Shown here one piece after another: positions 1 through 10,421 of a stretch of DNA of 33,491 nt; positions within the stretch are counted from its first letter, which is position 1; each line of letters starts with the position of its first letter. Location of the stretch: positions 1 through 33,491 of the forward strand of contig DATFRM010000417.1 in assembly GCA_035263265.1 (NCBI GenBank). The letters run 5' to 3'. The DNA comes from Actinomycetes bacterium. Lineage in GTDB: Bacteria > Actinomycetota > Actinomycetes > JAKEEW01. Under the pieces are notes generated by a model. The model was not told the origin of the DNA, did no database searches, and saw only the letters and a program-made list of their open reading frames with translations. The position numbers and the translations under genes are program-made.

Positions 1-2411
1 GGAGCCGGCGCCCAACTCGCGCAGAACCGCGGACCCGGGCGAGTTCATCGGCAGCCACACCACCCGGTCCGGCATCTCGGTGATCTCGAGCGGAAGCGTG
101 ATCCGGCCTCGGTCGGTGCCGACCGTCACCGGATCGCCTTCGGCCGCACCGAGCTCGGTCGCCAGGGCCTTGCCTAGCCGTACCCGCGGCGCCCGCGCCG
201 TACCGGCCAGGTGCTCCTCGCCGTCCTGGGCCCGGCCGGCATCGAGCAACAGCCGCCAGGTCGCCAGGACCGCCTCACCGGAGCCGACCGCCACGGGCGA
301 TGCGGCGCGGACCATAGGCTCCGCCGCGCGTACCCCGGTCCAGACGCCGAGTTGGTGCAGCTCGAGCCGAGCAGCGGCCGGATCCCCGAGCCGGAGCAGC
401 ACGTCCATCTCGTCGGCGATGGCGGTGAGCACCCGGCCGTCCGGCGGGATACCGACGTTGTTCAGGGCTGCGACGAATGGTCGTTCCCGGCCCTCCCAGT
501 CGACGAATGTGCCGTCCTTCTCCGCGCTAGCCGCGATCGGGAAGACCACGTCGGCGTGCTCGGTGATCGCGGACTCGCGCAGCTCCAGGCTGACCACGAA
601 CGGCACCCGGTCGATAGCGGCCAGCGCCGCGGCCGGGTCCGGGAGGTCGTCGACCTCGACCCCGCCGATCAGCAGCGCACCGAGCCGGCCGGCCGCGGCC
701 GCGCTGATGATGTCCTCGGTCGATCGGCCGGGAGTGGCCGGCAGCGCGTCGGCGTCGACGGCCCATACCTCGGCCACCTCGGCCCGGGCGGACCCGTCGG
801 TCACCGGGCGCCCACCGGGCAGCAGCGTCGGCAGTGCACCGGCCTCGAGCGCCGAGCGATCCCCGGCCCGGCGCGGCACCCAGCCGAGCGCCGCTCCGGT
901 GGCGCGGGCCAGCCGTACCACCGACGACAGCGCGCCCTGGCTCGTTGCGGCGCGCTCACCAACCAGGATTACCGCACCCGGCTTGGCCAGGGCGGCCCCA
1001 GCCGCGGACAGCGCCGGATCTGGTGCGGTGCCGTCGCTGAGCTGGTCGAGCAGCCCGGCCTCACCGCCGGGCGCGATCGGCAGCAGGGTCCCGGAGAGCT
1101 TGACCAGGCCGCGGGACGCGAACGGCGCGATCGAATACACCGCGGTCCGCTTCCGCGCCTTACGCAGCCGCAGAAAGACGATCGGCGACTCGTCCTCCGG
1201 CTCGAACCCAACCAGCAGGACCGTGGGCGCCTGCTCCAGGTCGGTGTAGGTCGGGCCGAGCCCGCTGCCAGCCACCCGGGACGCGAGGAACGCGGTCTCC
1301 TCGTCGCTCTCCGGCCGGGCCCGGAAGTCGATGTCGTTGGTGTGCAGCGCGAGCCTGGCGAACTTGGCGTATGCATAGGCGTCCTCGAGCGTGAGCCGGC
1401 CACCGGTGAGCACACCGGCTCGGCCGGCTGCGGCACCAAGCCCGCGGGCCGCTACGTCCAGCGCCTCCGGCCAGGACGCCGGCACCAGTGCGCCATCGGT
1501 GTCGCGCACCATCGCGTTGGTGATCCGGTCCGCGGCTCGGACGTACTGGAACGCCCAGCGGCCCTTGTCGCAGTTCCACTCCTCGTTCACCGCAGGGTCG
1601 TCACCGGCCAGTCGCCGCATGACCTTGCCGCGTCGATGGTCGGTCCGCAGGGCGCAGCCGGACGCGCAGTGCTCGCATACCGAAGGCGTGGACACCAGGT
1701 CGAACGGCCGGGCCCGGAAGCGATACTTAGCGCCGGTAAGTGCGCCCACCGGGCAGATCTGCACGGTGTTACCGGAGAAGTAGGACTCGAACGGCTGCTG
1801 TTCGTAGATGCCGACCTGCTGGAGCGCGCCCCGGTCCAGCATCTCGATGAACGGGTCGCCGGCGACCTGCTGAGAGAACCGGGTACAGCGCGCGCACAGC
1901 ACACAGCGCTCCCGGTCCAGCAGCACCTGGGATGAGATCGCGATCGGCTTCTCGAACAGGCGCTTGGCGTCGTCGAAGCGGGTGTCCGGGGCTCCCGCGG
2001 TCATGGCCTGGTTCTGCAGCGGGCACTCGCCGCCCTTGTCACAGACCGGGCAATCCAGGGGGTGGTTGATGAGCAGCATTTCCATAATCCCGGCCTGGGC
2101 CTTGTCCGCCACCGGCGAGGTCAGCTGCGTCTTGACCACCATCCCGTCGGTCACCGTGGTGGTGCATGAGGCCAGCGGCTTGCGCTGCCCCTCCACCTCG
2201 ACCAGGCACTGCCGGCAGGCGCCGACCGGGTCGAGCAGTGGATGGTCGCAGAACCGCGGGATCTCGATGCCCAACATCTCGGCGGCCCGGATCACCAGCG
2301 TGCCCTTCGGCACGGTTAGCTCGATCCCGTCGATGGTGACGCTGACCGGCTCGGGCTGGCGCACCTCGGGCACGTTCGAGCCGGAAGCTGGCGCGTTCGT
2401 GGAAGTGGACA

Positions 2412-2412
<1 letters not shown>
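1..2412 (-). CDS. nuoG: NADH-quinone oxidoreductase subunit G (partial; the C-terminal end runs off the left window edge)
   Basis: Absent from the supplied ORF track because it has no in-window stop. The minus frame is open from position 1 to the ATG at 2412-2410, and no listed minus ORF in 1-2412 shares this frame. My translation starts [83 protein letters not shown]...[23 protein letters not shown], which carries the NuoG Fe-S cysteine motifs. It reads ...[21 protein letters not shown] at the edge. The start shares one base with the nuoF stop (TGATG). Confidence 0.9.
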
Positions 2413-3709
<1,297 letters not shown>

Positions 3710-3713
<4 letters not shown>

Positions 3714-4405
3714 TTCGAGTCCTCCGCGTCGGCGTCCTCGGTCGAGGTAGTGGGCCCGGGCGCCTGCCAGCCGCGCTCCTTGGCCAGCTGGAGGCCGACC
3801 AGGCTGGCCGGTCCGGCCGCAACGCCCTCTCCGGCGCGTCCGTCCGGGAACCCGGCGAGCACCCGGCAGGCCTCCTGCCAGGTACCCAGCCGGTTCGGGC
3901 CGCGCGACGGTGTCGGCGGATCCCCGGCACGCAGCCGATCCACCAGCTCCTTGGCCGACTCCGGTGTCTGGTTGTCGAAGAACTCCCAGTTGACCATCAG
4001 CACCGGCGCGAAGTCGCAGGCCGCGTTGCACTCGATGTGCTCGAGCGTGAGCACGCCGTCCTCGGTCATCTCGTCGTTGCCGACCCCGAGGTGGTCCTTG
4101 AGCGCGGCGAAGATCGAGTCACCGCCCATGATCGCGCACAGGGTGTTTGTGCACACCCCGACGTGGTAGTCGCCGACCGGGCGGCGCTTGTACATCGTGT
4201 AGAACGTGACCACGGCGGCCACCTCGGCCCCGGTCAGGTCGAGCTGCTCGGCGCAGAACTCGATCCCGGCCGGGGTGACGTAGCCCTCCTCGGCTTGGAC
4301 CAGGTGCAGTAGCGGCAGCAGCGCGGACCGCCGACGCGGGTAGCGGGCGATGATCTCCTTCGCGTCCACCTCGAGCCGGGCCCGAACCTCGGCGCTGAAT
4401 TGCAT
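3710..4405 (-). CDS. nuoE: NADH-quinone oxidoreductase subunit E (24-kDa, 2Fe-2S)
   Basis: 231 aa. It shows ...SALLPLLHLVQAEEGYV...CTNTLCAIMGG...ECNAACDFAPV..., a thioredoxin-like 2Fe-2S pattern. Its position between nuoD and nuoF fits, and its ATG shares a base with the nuoD stop. Confidence 0.92.
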
Positions 4406-5709
4406 CAGCGGTCAACACCTCCCATGACCGGGTCGAGCGAGGCGACCGCGGCGATCACGTCGGCGACCAGCGCGCCCTCCGACATCGCGGCGACCGCCTG
4501 GAGATTGGTGAAGGACGGATCGCGGAAGTGCACCCGGTAGGGCCGGGTGCCACCGTCGCTGACCAGGTGACAGCCCAGCTCACCGCGTGGTGACTCGACC
4601 GCGGTGTAGACCTGCCCGGCCGGCACTCGGAAGCCCTCGGTCACCAGCTTGAAGTGATGGATGAGCGCCTCCATCGAGGTGCCCATGATCTTCCGAATGT
4701 GATCGAGCGAGTTGCCCAGGCCATCACCGCCGAGCGCGAGCTGGGCCGGCCAGGCGATCTTCTTGTCAGCGATCATCACCGGGCCCGGCTGCAGCCGATC
4801 CAGGCACTGCTCGACGATCTTGAGGGATTCCTTCATCTCCGCGACCCGGATCCGGTAGCGGTCGTACGCGTCCGATCCGGTGCGTGTGATCGTCTCGAAC
4901 TCGTAGTTCTCGTAGCCGCAATACGGCTCGGACTTGCGCAGATCGTGCGGCAGCCCGGTGGCCCGCAACACGGGCCCGGTGATGCCCAGCGCCATGCAGC
5001 CGGTGAGGTCTAGGTAGCCGATGCCCTTGGTCCGGGCCAGCCAGATCGGGTTCTCGTTGAGGAGGTTCTCGTAGTCGCGCACCCGCGTGCGCAGCAGTCC
5101 CACCAACTCGCGCACCTTGTCCACGGTGCCGGGCGGCAGGTCCTGAGCGAGCCCGCCAGGCCGGACGTACCCGTGGTTCATCCGTAGCCCGGTGATCATC
5201 TCGAACACGTCGAGGACTTCCTCGCGCTCCCGGAAGCCCGCGGTCATCACCGTAAGCGCGCCCAGCTCCAGGCCGCCCGTTGCGAGCGCCACCAGGTGCG
5301 ACGAGATCCGGTTCAGCTCCATGAGCAGCACCCGGATCACATTGACCCGGTCCGGGATCTCGTCCGTAATGCCGAGCAGCCGCTCCACCGCCAGGCAGTA
5401 CACGGTCTCGTTGAAGATCGGCGCCAGGTAGTCCGCCCGGGTCAGGAACGTAACGCCCTGCGTGTAGCTGCGGTACTCGCAGTTCTTCTCGATCCCGGTG
5501 TGCAGGTAGCCGATGCCGCACCTGGCGTCGACCACAGTCTCGCCCTCGAGGGTAAGGATGAGACGCAGCACGCCGTGCGTGGACGGGTGTTGCGGGCCCA
5601 TGTTGACGACGACGCGCTCCTCGTGCGCCTCACCGAGCTCGGTGACGATCTCGTCCCAGTCGCCGCCGGTGACGGTGTAGACCCGGCCCTCGGAAGTCTG
5701 GTCACTCAC
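4405..5709 (-). CDS. nuoD: NADH-quinone oxidoreductase subunit D (49-kDa)
   Basis: 434 aa with a GTG start at 5709-5707. It shows [14 protein letters not shown]...[16 protein letters not shown]...[10 protein letters not shown]...DPVMGGVDR, all typical NuoD blocks. Confidence 0.93.
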   Translation of the reverse strand: MSDQTSEGRVYTVTGGDWDEIVTELGEAHEERVVVNMGPQHPSTHGVLRLILTLEGETVVDARCGIGYLHTGIEKNCEYRSYTQGVTFLTRADYLAPIFNETVYCLAVERLLGITDEIPDRVNVIRVLLMELNRISSHLVALATGGLELGALTVMTAGFREREEVLDVFEMITGLRMNHGYVRPGGLAQDLPPGTVDKVRELVGLLRTRVRDYENLLNENPIWLARTKGIGYLDLTGCMALGITGPVLRATGLPHDLRKSEPYCGYENYEFETITRTGSDAYDRYRIRVAEMKESLKIVEQCLDRLQPGPVMIADKKIAWPAQLALGGDGLGNSLDHIRKIMGTSMEALIHHFKLVTEGFRVPAGQVYTAVESPRGELGCHLVSDGGTRPYRVHFRDPSFTNLQAVAAMSEGALVADVIAAVASLDPVMGGVDR

Positions 5710-5888
5710 GCGTACGGCCTCCGCTCCATCGGTGGAGCTTCGATCTCGGCGCCCGCGTACTGAGGGGTCATGCGTACGACCTCCGCTCCATCGGTGCAGC
5801 TTCGATCTCGGCGCCCGGGTACTGAGGGGTCATGCGTACGACCTCCGCTCGTCTGGCGGTTCGATCTCGGCGCCCTTGTACTCGACCG
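5706..5888 (-). repeat. Tandem direct repeat with a 62-bp period and three copies. Copy 3 is the native nuoC 3' end; copies 1 and 2 fill the nuoC-nuoD spacer and each forms a 21-codon mini-ORF.
   Basis: Copies lie at 5706-5767, 5768-5829 and 5830-~5888. Copies 1 and 2 differ at 4 of 62 positions by hand alignment. Copy 3 shares perfect 21-nt and 16-nt blocks with copy 2. The minus-strand mini-ORFs are 5833..5768 ([21 protein letters not shown]) and 5771..5706 ([21 protein letters not shown]). Compare the nuoC tail ...[16 protein letters not shown]. Confidence 0.9.
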
Positions 5889-6510
5889 GGATCCCGCCCA
5901 GCGGATAGTCCTTGCGCTGTGGATGTCCCACCCAGTCGTCGGGCATCTGGATCCTGGTCAGCGCCGGGTGGCCGTCGAAGATGATCCCGAAGAAGTCGTA
6001 GGCCTCCCGCTCGTGCCAGTCCAGCGTCGGGTACACCGAGACCAGCGACGGAATGTGCGGGTCGTCGTCCGGCGCCGTCACCTCGACCCGGATCAGCCGG
6101 TTGTGAGTGACCGAGCGCAGGTGGTAGACCGCGTGCAGCTCACGCCCGGTCTCGTCCGGGTAGTGCACGCCGGAGACGCCGGTGCACAGCTCGAAGCGCA
6201 GCGCCGGGTCGTCGCGCAGATGGGAGGCGACCTCCGGCAGGTGCTCGCGGCCCACATAGAACGTGATCTCGCCACGATCCACGACGACCTTCTCGATCGC
6301 CTCGGTCGGGTCTCCGCCGCCTTCACCGAGCGCGGCGCCGAGGTGGTCGGCGACCTCGTCGAAGTAGCCGCCGTACGGCCGCTGACTAGGTCCGGGGAAC
6401 TCGATCCGGCGGACCAGCCGCCCGTAGCCGGAAGTGTCGCCGGTGCCGCTGACCCCGAACATGCCCCGTCGGGCCGGAACGTCGCCTGGCAGGTACGTCT
6501 CGTCGCTCAT
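5830..6510 (-). CDS. nuoC: NADH-quinone oxidoreductase subunit C (30-kDa)
   Basis: 226 aa. It shows ...[22 protein letters not shown]...[23 protein letters not shown]..., typical NuoC blocks. A GGGAGA Shine-Dalgarno lies 8-13 nt upstream of the ATG at 6510. Confidence 0.92.
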   Translation of the reverse strand: MSDETYLPGDVPARRGMFGVSGTGDTSGYGRLVRRIEFPGPSQRPYGGYFDEVADHLGAALGEGGGDPTEAIEKVVVDRGEITFYVGREHLPEVASHLRDDPALRFELCTGVSGVHYPDETGRELHAVYHLRSVTHNRLIRVEVTAPDDDPHIPSLVSVYPTLDWHEREAYDFFGIIFDGHPALTRIQMPDDWVGHPQRKDYPLGGIPVEYKGAEIEPPDERRSYA

Positions 6511-6532
6511 CGCGCCGTCTCCCGGTGCGCCC

Positions 6533-7087
6533 TCACCGAAGCAGTCCCGTCATATGCGAGGTCGGCTCCGCCTCGAGCGCTGTAGCCTCCCGCTCCCGGT
6601 TCTCGGCGGCCCGCTGCGAGCCGAGCTTCTCGTGCAGGATCTTGTCGTGCAGCTTGAGGATTGCGTCGAGCAGCATCTCCGGACGGGGCGGACACCCGGG
6701 CAGGTACATGTCCACCGGAACGATGTGGTCGACACCCTGCACGATCGCGTAGTTGTTGAACATGCCGCCGCTGGACGCGCATACACCCATCGCCAGCACC
6801 CACTTCGGAGCGGCCATCTGGTCGTAGATCTGGCGCAGCACGGGCGCCATCTTTTGGCTCACCCGACCGGCCACGATCATGAGATCGGCCTGCCGTGGCG
6901 AGGCGCGGAACGCCTCCATCCCGAACCGGGCCAGGTCGTAGCGGCCGGCCCCGGTGGCCATCATCTCGATCGCGCAGCAGGCCAGGCCGAACGTGGCCGG
7001 CCACAGCGAGTTCTTGCGGGCGATCCCGACGAATTTCTCGACCGTGGACAGCAGAACGCCGCTGGGAAGTTTCTCCTCGATACCCAT
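6533..7087 (-). CDS. nuoB: NADH-quinone oxidoreductase subunit B (20-kDa, N2 cluster)
   Basis: 184 aa. It shows [17 protein letters not shown]...[10 protein letters not shown]...[10 protein letters not shown], the four-Cys NuoB signature. Confidence 0.94.
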   Translation of the reverse strand: MGIEEKLPSGVLLSTVEKFVGIARKNSLWPATFGLACCAIEMMATGAGRYDLARFGMEAFRASPRQADLMIVAGRVSQKMAPVLRQIYDQMAAPKWVLAMGVCASSGGMFNNYAIVQGVDHIVPVDMYLPGCPPRPEMLLDAILKLHDKILHEKLGSQRAAENREREATALEAEPTSHMTGLLR

Positions 7088-7094
7088 CTGTCTC

Positions 7095-7457
7095 TCAGTC
7101 CCACTCGAGGCCGCCGCGCCGCCACACGTACATGTACGCGACGAGCACGGTCACAATGAACAGCACCATTTCCACCAGCGCGAAGTAGCCGCCGAAGGAG
7201 TCGAACGCGACCGCCCACGGATACAGGAACACGATCTCGACGTCGAACAGGATGAACAGCATCGCGGTAAGGAAGTACTTGACCGGGAACCGCCCGCCGC
7301 CCACCGGCTGCGGGGTGGGCTCGATGCCGCATTCGTAGGCGTCCAGCTTGGCGCGGTTGTACCGCTTGGGGCCGGCGAGCGTGCCGGCGATGAGGGAGAA
7401 CACCGCGAAGGCCGCGGCGACGGCACCCAGCACGACGATCGGAACCCACAGATTCAT
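7095..7457 (-). CDS. nuoA: NADH-quinone oxidoreductase subunit A
   Basis: 120 aa with three predicted TM segments. It shows YECGIEP...[26 protein letters not shown], the NuoA signature. It is the first gene of the nuo series. Confidence 0.92.
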   Translation of the reverse strand: MNLWVPIVVLGAVAAAFAVFSLIAGTLAGPKRYNRAKLDAYECGIEPTPQPVGGGRFPVKYFLTAMLFILFDVEIVFLYPWAVAFDSFGGYFALVEMVLFIVTVLVAYMYVWRRGGLEWD

Positions 7458-7473
7458 CCGGTGCGCTCCCTTC

Positions 7474-7503
7474 TGCCAGTCATTCCGATGCCAGTCATTC
7501 GGA
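7474..7503 (-). repeat. Two tandem 15-bp units directly upstream of the nuoA ribosome-binding site
   Basis: The units are tgccagtcattccga (7474-7488) and tgccagtcattcgga (7489-7503), identical at 14/15 positions. On the minus strand each unit carries an ATG. The distal one opens a 14-codon ORF (7498..7454, [14 protein letters not shown]) whose TGA overlaps the nuoA ATG (ATGA). Confidence 0.8.
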
Positions 7504-7523
7504 ACCTGCCTTTGTCAGCTCGG

Positions 7524-8810
7524 CTAAGCCACCGGAGCAACCCTGGACATGGCATTGATGATCCGGTCCATCGCGTCCCCGCTGCGCGGGTCGGTCAGGT
7601 TCGCGAGCAGCTTGAGCGTGAACCGCATCAGGGTCGGATGCGGGAGCCCGTGCCTGGTGGCCACTCGCATGAGCTGCGGATTACCAATCGCCTTCACGAA
7701 CAGGCGGCCGAGAGTGTAGTAGCCGCCGTAGGTGGCCTTGAGCAGCCGCGGGTAGTCCTGGAGCGCCTGCTCCCGGCCGGCCGGGGTGGGCCGGGCCAGC
7801 GCCTGCACGATCGCCGCGGCCGCCATCTCGCCGGACTCCATCGCGTAGGCGATGCCCTCGCCGTTGAATGGGTTGACCATGCCACCGGCGTCGCCGACCA
7901 GCACGAGCCCCTGCGTGTAGTGCGGCTGCCGGTTGAAGCCCATCGGCAGCGCCGCGCCCCGGACCGGCTGGGTGCGGTTGTCCTCGACGAATCCCCAGTC
8001 CTCGGGCAGCCCGGCGAGCCACGCCCGCAGCAGGTCCTTGTAGTCGATGTTCTGGAACGCCTTGCTGGTGTTGAGCAGGCCGAGCCCCACATTGGAGGTT
8101 CCGTCGCCCATCCCGAACACCCAGCCGTATCCGGGTAGCAAAGTGGATCTCGCGGTTCGCCGATCCCACAGTTCGAGGTGCGACTCGAGCCAGTCGTCGT
8201 CGTGGCGCGGGCTGGCGAAGTACGTGCGTACCGCTACGCCCATCGGCCGGTCGGTGCGCTTGTGCAGGCCCATCGCAATCGAGAGCCGGGTGGAGTTGCC
8301 GTCGGCGGCCACCACCAGCGGCGCCCGCCAGGTGCTCTCGCCGTCCGCGGTGCGCGCGCCGACCCCGACGATCCGGCCGGTCCGCTCGTCCAGAAGCGGG
8401 CGGGTGACCGTCGTCTCCTCGTAGAGCTTGGCACCGGCGGCCACCGCCTGCTTGGCCAGCATCTGGTCGAAGTCGGTTCGCGGCCGGACCAGCCCGTAGT
8501 CCGGATACGCGGACAGCGCCGGCCAATCCAGCTCCAGCCGAACCCCGCCGCCGATGATCCGCAAGCCCTTGTTGTGCAGCCAGCCGGCCTTCTGGCCGGT
8601 GTCGATGCCCATGTTGACCAGCGCCTTGACCGCCCGCGGGGTCAGCCCGTCACCGCACACCTTCTCCCGCGGGAACGTGGCCTTCTCCAGGACGGCCACA
8701 TCCAGCCCGGTCCGGGCCAGGTAGTACGCCGCAGTAGCGCCCGCAGGACCTGCACCGACGACGATGACGTCGGCGCGCTGCTCCCTGGTCACCACGGTCG
8801 GCTCTCCCAT
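7524..8810 (-). CDS. Geranylgeranyl reductase family FAD-dependent oxidoreductase (MenJ-like menaquinone isoprenoid reductase candidate)
   Basis: 428 aa. It has the N-terminal dinucleotide fold DVIVVGAGPAGATAAYYLA, then EK..FPREKVCGDGLTPRAV and VGDAGGMVNPFNGEGIAYAMESG. It sits next to menG, as mycobacterial menJ sits near the demethylmenaquinone methyltransferase. Orthology to MenJ is inference. Confidence 0.8.
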   Translation of the reverse strand: MGEPTVVTREQRADVIVVGAGPAGATAAYYLARTGLDVAVLEKATFPREKVCGDGLTPRAVKALVNMGIDTGQKAGWLHNKGLRIIGGGVRLELDWPALSAYPDYGLVRPRTDFDQMLAKQAVAAGAKLYEETTVTRPLLDERTGRIVGVGARTADGESTWRAPLVVAADGNSTRLSIAMGLHKRTDRPMGVAVRTYFASPRHDDDWLESHLELWDRRTARSTLLPGYGWVFGMGDGTSNVGLGLLNTSKAFQNIDYKDLLRAWLAGLPEDWGFVEDNRTQPVRGAALPMGFNRQPHYTQGLVLVGDAGGMVNPFNGEGIAYAMESGEMAAAAIVQALARPTPAGREQALQDYPRLLKATYGGYYTLGRLFVKAIGNPQLMRVATRHGLPHPTLMRFTLKLLANLTDPRSGDAMDRIINAMSRVAPVA

Positions 8811-8831
8811 CCGTTCTACGTCTGGGCATCC

Positions 8832-8869
8832 CTGGCCACGCTTGTGAAGAACTTCACGAGCGTGGCCAG
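8832..8869. promoter_or_regulatory. 38-bp near-perfect palindrome containing a Rex-operator (ROP)-like core, TTGTGAA-GAAC-TTCACGA
   Basis: The arms are 8832-8849 (ctggccacgcttgtgaag) and 8852-8869 (cttcacgagcgtggccag), complementary at 17/18 positions. The core at 8842-8859 matches the published Rex consensus TTGTGAA-N4-TTCACAA at 13/14 specified positions. It lies 22-59 nt upstream of the reductase start (8810), and rex is encoded in the same window. Confidence 0.55.
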
Positions 8870-8960
8870 TGCCAAGTCTAGGGGTAGCTCGCCAGGCTTG
8901 CGTGCACCACCCCGATTGCGTCGTGGCGGCTGATCCACCGGTAGGCCGCTCGGCACCTCG

Positions 8961-9659
8961 TCAACCCCGCGGCTTGCTCGCCCGGTGCACCGCGACGATG
9001 CCTCCGTTGAGGTCGCGCCAGGCCACGCCAGACCAGCCGGCGGCCTCGATCGAGCGTGCCAGATCCACCTGGTTGGGCCACGCCCGGATCGACTCGGCCA
9101 GGTAGACATAGGCGTCCGGACTGCTGCTGACCCGCTTCGCGATCGCGGGCAGCGCGCGCATCAGGTATTCCAGATACACCGTGCGAACCGGCCGCCAGAT
9201 CGGGTGGCTGAACTCGCAGACCACAAGCCGCCCTCCCGGCCTGGTGACTCGCCACATCTCGGCCAGAGCCCGGTCCTGGTCGTTGACGTTGCGCAACCCG
9301 AACGAGATCGTCACCGCGTCGAACACACCATCGGCGAACGGCAGCCGCAGTGCGTCCCCAGCAGTGAAGCCGAGCTCGGGCCGAGCCCGCTTGCCCACCC
9401 TGAGCATTCCGAGCGAGAAGTCACACGGAACGACCAGCGCGCCGGCCTTGGCGAACGGCTCGGATGAGGTACCGGTCCCGGCGGCGAGGTCGAGCACCTT
9501 CTCGCCCGGTCCGGCCCCGACCGCGGCGGTCACCGCCCGACGCCAGCGCCGGCACTGCCAGAGCGAGAGCAGGTCGTTGGTCAGGTCGTAGCGCGGCGCC
9601 ACCTCGTCGAACATGTCGGCGACCTCGCGCGGCTGCTTGTCCAGATGCGCCCTGCTCAC
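8961..9659 (-). CDS. menG: Demethylmenaquinone methyltransferase (UbiE/MenG family, SAM-dependent)
   Basis: It shows [29 protein letters not shown]...[10 protein letters not shown]...ISFGLRNV...[12 protein letters not shown]. The track ORF extends to an ATG at 9764. Third-position GC drops in that extension, and family members usually begin near the SRAxLxK motif, so I prefer the GTG at 9659. The start remains uncertain (9659 vs 9764). Confidence 0.85.
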   Translation of the reverse strand: MSRAHLDKQPREVADMFDEVAPRYDLTNDLLSLWQCRRWRRAVTAAVGAGPGEKVLDLAAGTGTSSEPFAKAGALVVPCDFSLGMLRVGKRARPELGFTAGDALRLPFADGVFDAVTISFGLRNVNDQDRALAEMWRVTRPGGRLVVCEFSHPIWRPVRTVYLEYLMRALPAIAKRVSSSPDAYVYLAESIRAWPNQVDLARSIEAAGWSGVAWRDLNGGIVAVHRASKPRG

Positions 9660-9775
9660 CCGGCTATCCCATTCCGCTCGCTCACCGGGCCAGCCTGGCA
9701 CACCACCCGCCGGATCGCCCGACGGTGCGCGCGCCACGGCGATCGGGACGCGGTCCAGTGCCATACTCCGAGGCC

Positions 9776-10357
9776 ATGAGTCCGCGTCCGGCCGCCCTAC
9801 CCCGCCGTGCCGCGGTCGTCCGGTTGAGCCAGGTTCACTGGAACCTGGGCCGGGCGATAGTACTCGCCGGGCTCGCGGTGAGTCTGGTCGCAGGTTGCAG
9901 CAGCGACGAGCCGGGGGCGAGTACGGGAACCTCGGGGTCGCCGACGGTGAGCGCGCGGCCTAACAGTCCCCGGCCGAGCCAGGCGGCTCTACCGACCCCG
10001 AAGGGCACCGCCATCGACGTCACCGACCTGAAGCTCGGCGACTGCTTCAGCGAACCCAGCGGGGAGCTGATCGAGCGGATCACGAAGGTGGACTGTTCCG
10101 GCCCGCACGATGCGGAGATCTTTGCGGTGCCCGACCTGCCACCCAGCCCACGGTACCCGGGCGACGCCACGATCGAGGCCCAGGCGGACCAGGTCTGCAC
10201 CGATGCCAGCGGGTCAGTCGATCGGGACAAGCTGCCGAGCAGCGCCACCATCGGATACTTCTTCCCCACCGAGGACAACTGGTCGGCCGATGACAGCACG
10301 GCGCGGTGTTACATCGCCACCGACGATCAGCCGTTGGTCGGCTCGGTCCGCCGGTAG
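9776..10357 (+). CDS. Putative secreted lipoprotein, septum-formation-domain-like (Cys-rich)
   Basis: Lies within the track ORF 9464..10357; I place the start at ATG 9776 (MSPRPAAL...). It has a signal peptide with the lipobox LVAGC. The paired motifs GDCF...[12 protein letters not shown] and ...[18 protein letters not shown] resemble the actinobacterial Septum_form domain. Third-position GC is high. The family call is made from memory only. Confidence 0.6.
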   Translation: MSPRPAALPRRAAVVRLSQVHWNLGRAIVLAGLAVSLVAGCSSDEPGASTGTSGSPTVSARPNSPRPSQAALPTPKGTAIDVTDLKLGDCFSEPSGELIERITKVDCSGPHDAEIFAVPDLPPSPRYPGDATIEAQADQVCTDASGSVDRDKLPSSATIGYFFPTEDNWSADDSTARCYIATDDQPLVGSVRR

Positions 10358-10421
10358 CCTGCCGCGCCGGTCACCCCCACTGTCGGTTCCCGTCCAATGG
10401 GGGGCCGTACAGTGACTTGTC

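Noticed and set aside
211-1935. Long plus-strand ORF (574 aa), with the overlapping ORF 80..1249, antisense to nuoG
   Set aside because: The translations are Arg/Pro/Gly/Ala-rich and low-complexity, with no recognisable motif. The opposite strand encodes an unmistakable NuoG. Long shadow ORFs are expected in very GC-rich DNA.
5706-5888. Could the tandem repeats at this locus (and at 15986-16113 and 19822-19887) be small CRISPR arrays?
   Set aside because: The units are directly adjacent with no unique spacers and number only 2-3 copies. They derive from the adjacent gene ends, and no cas genes are present.
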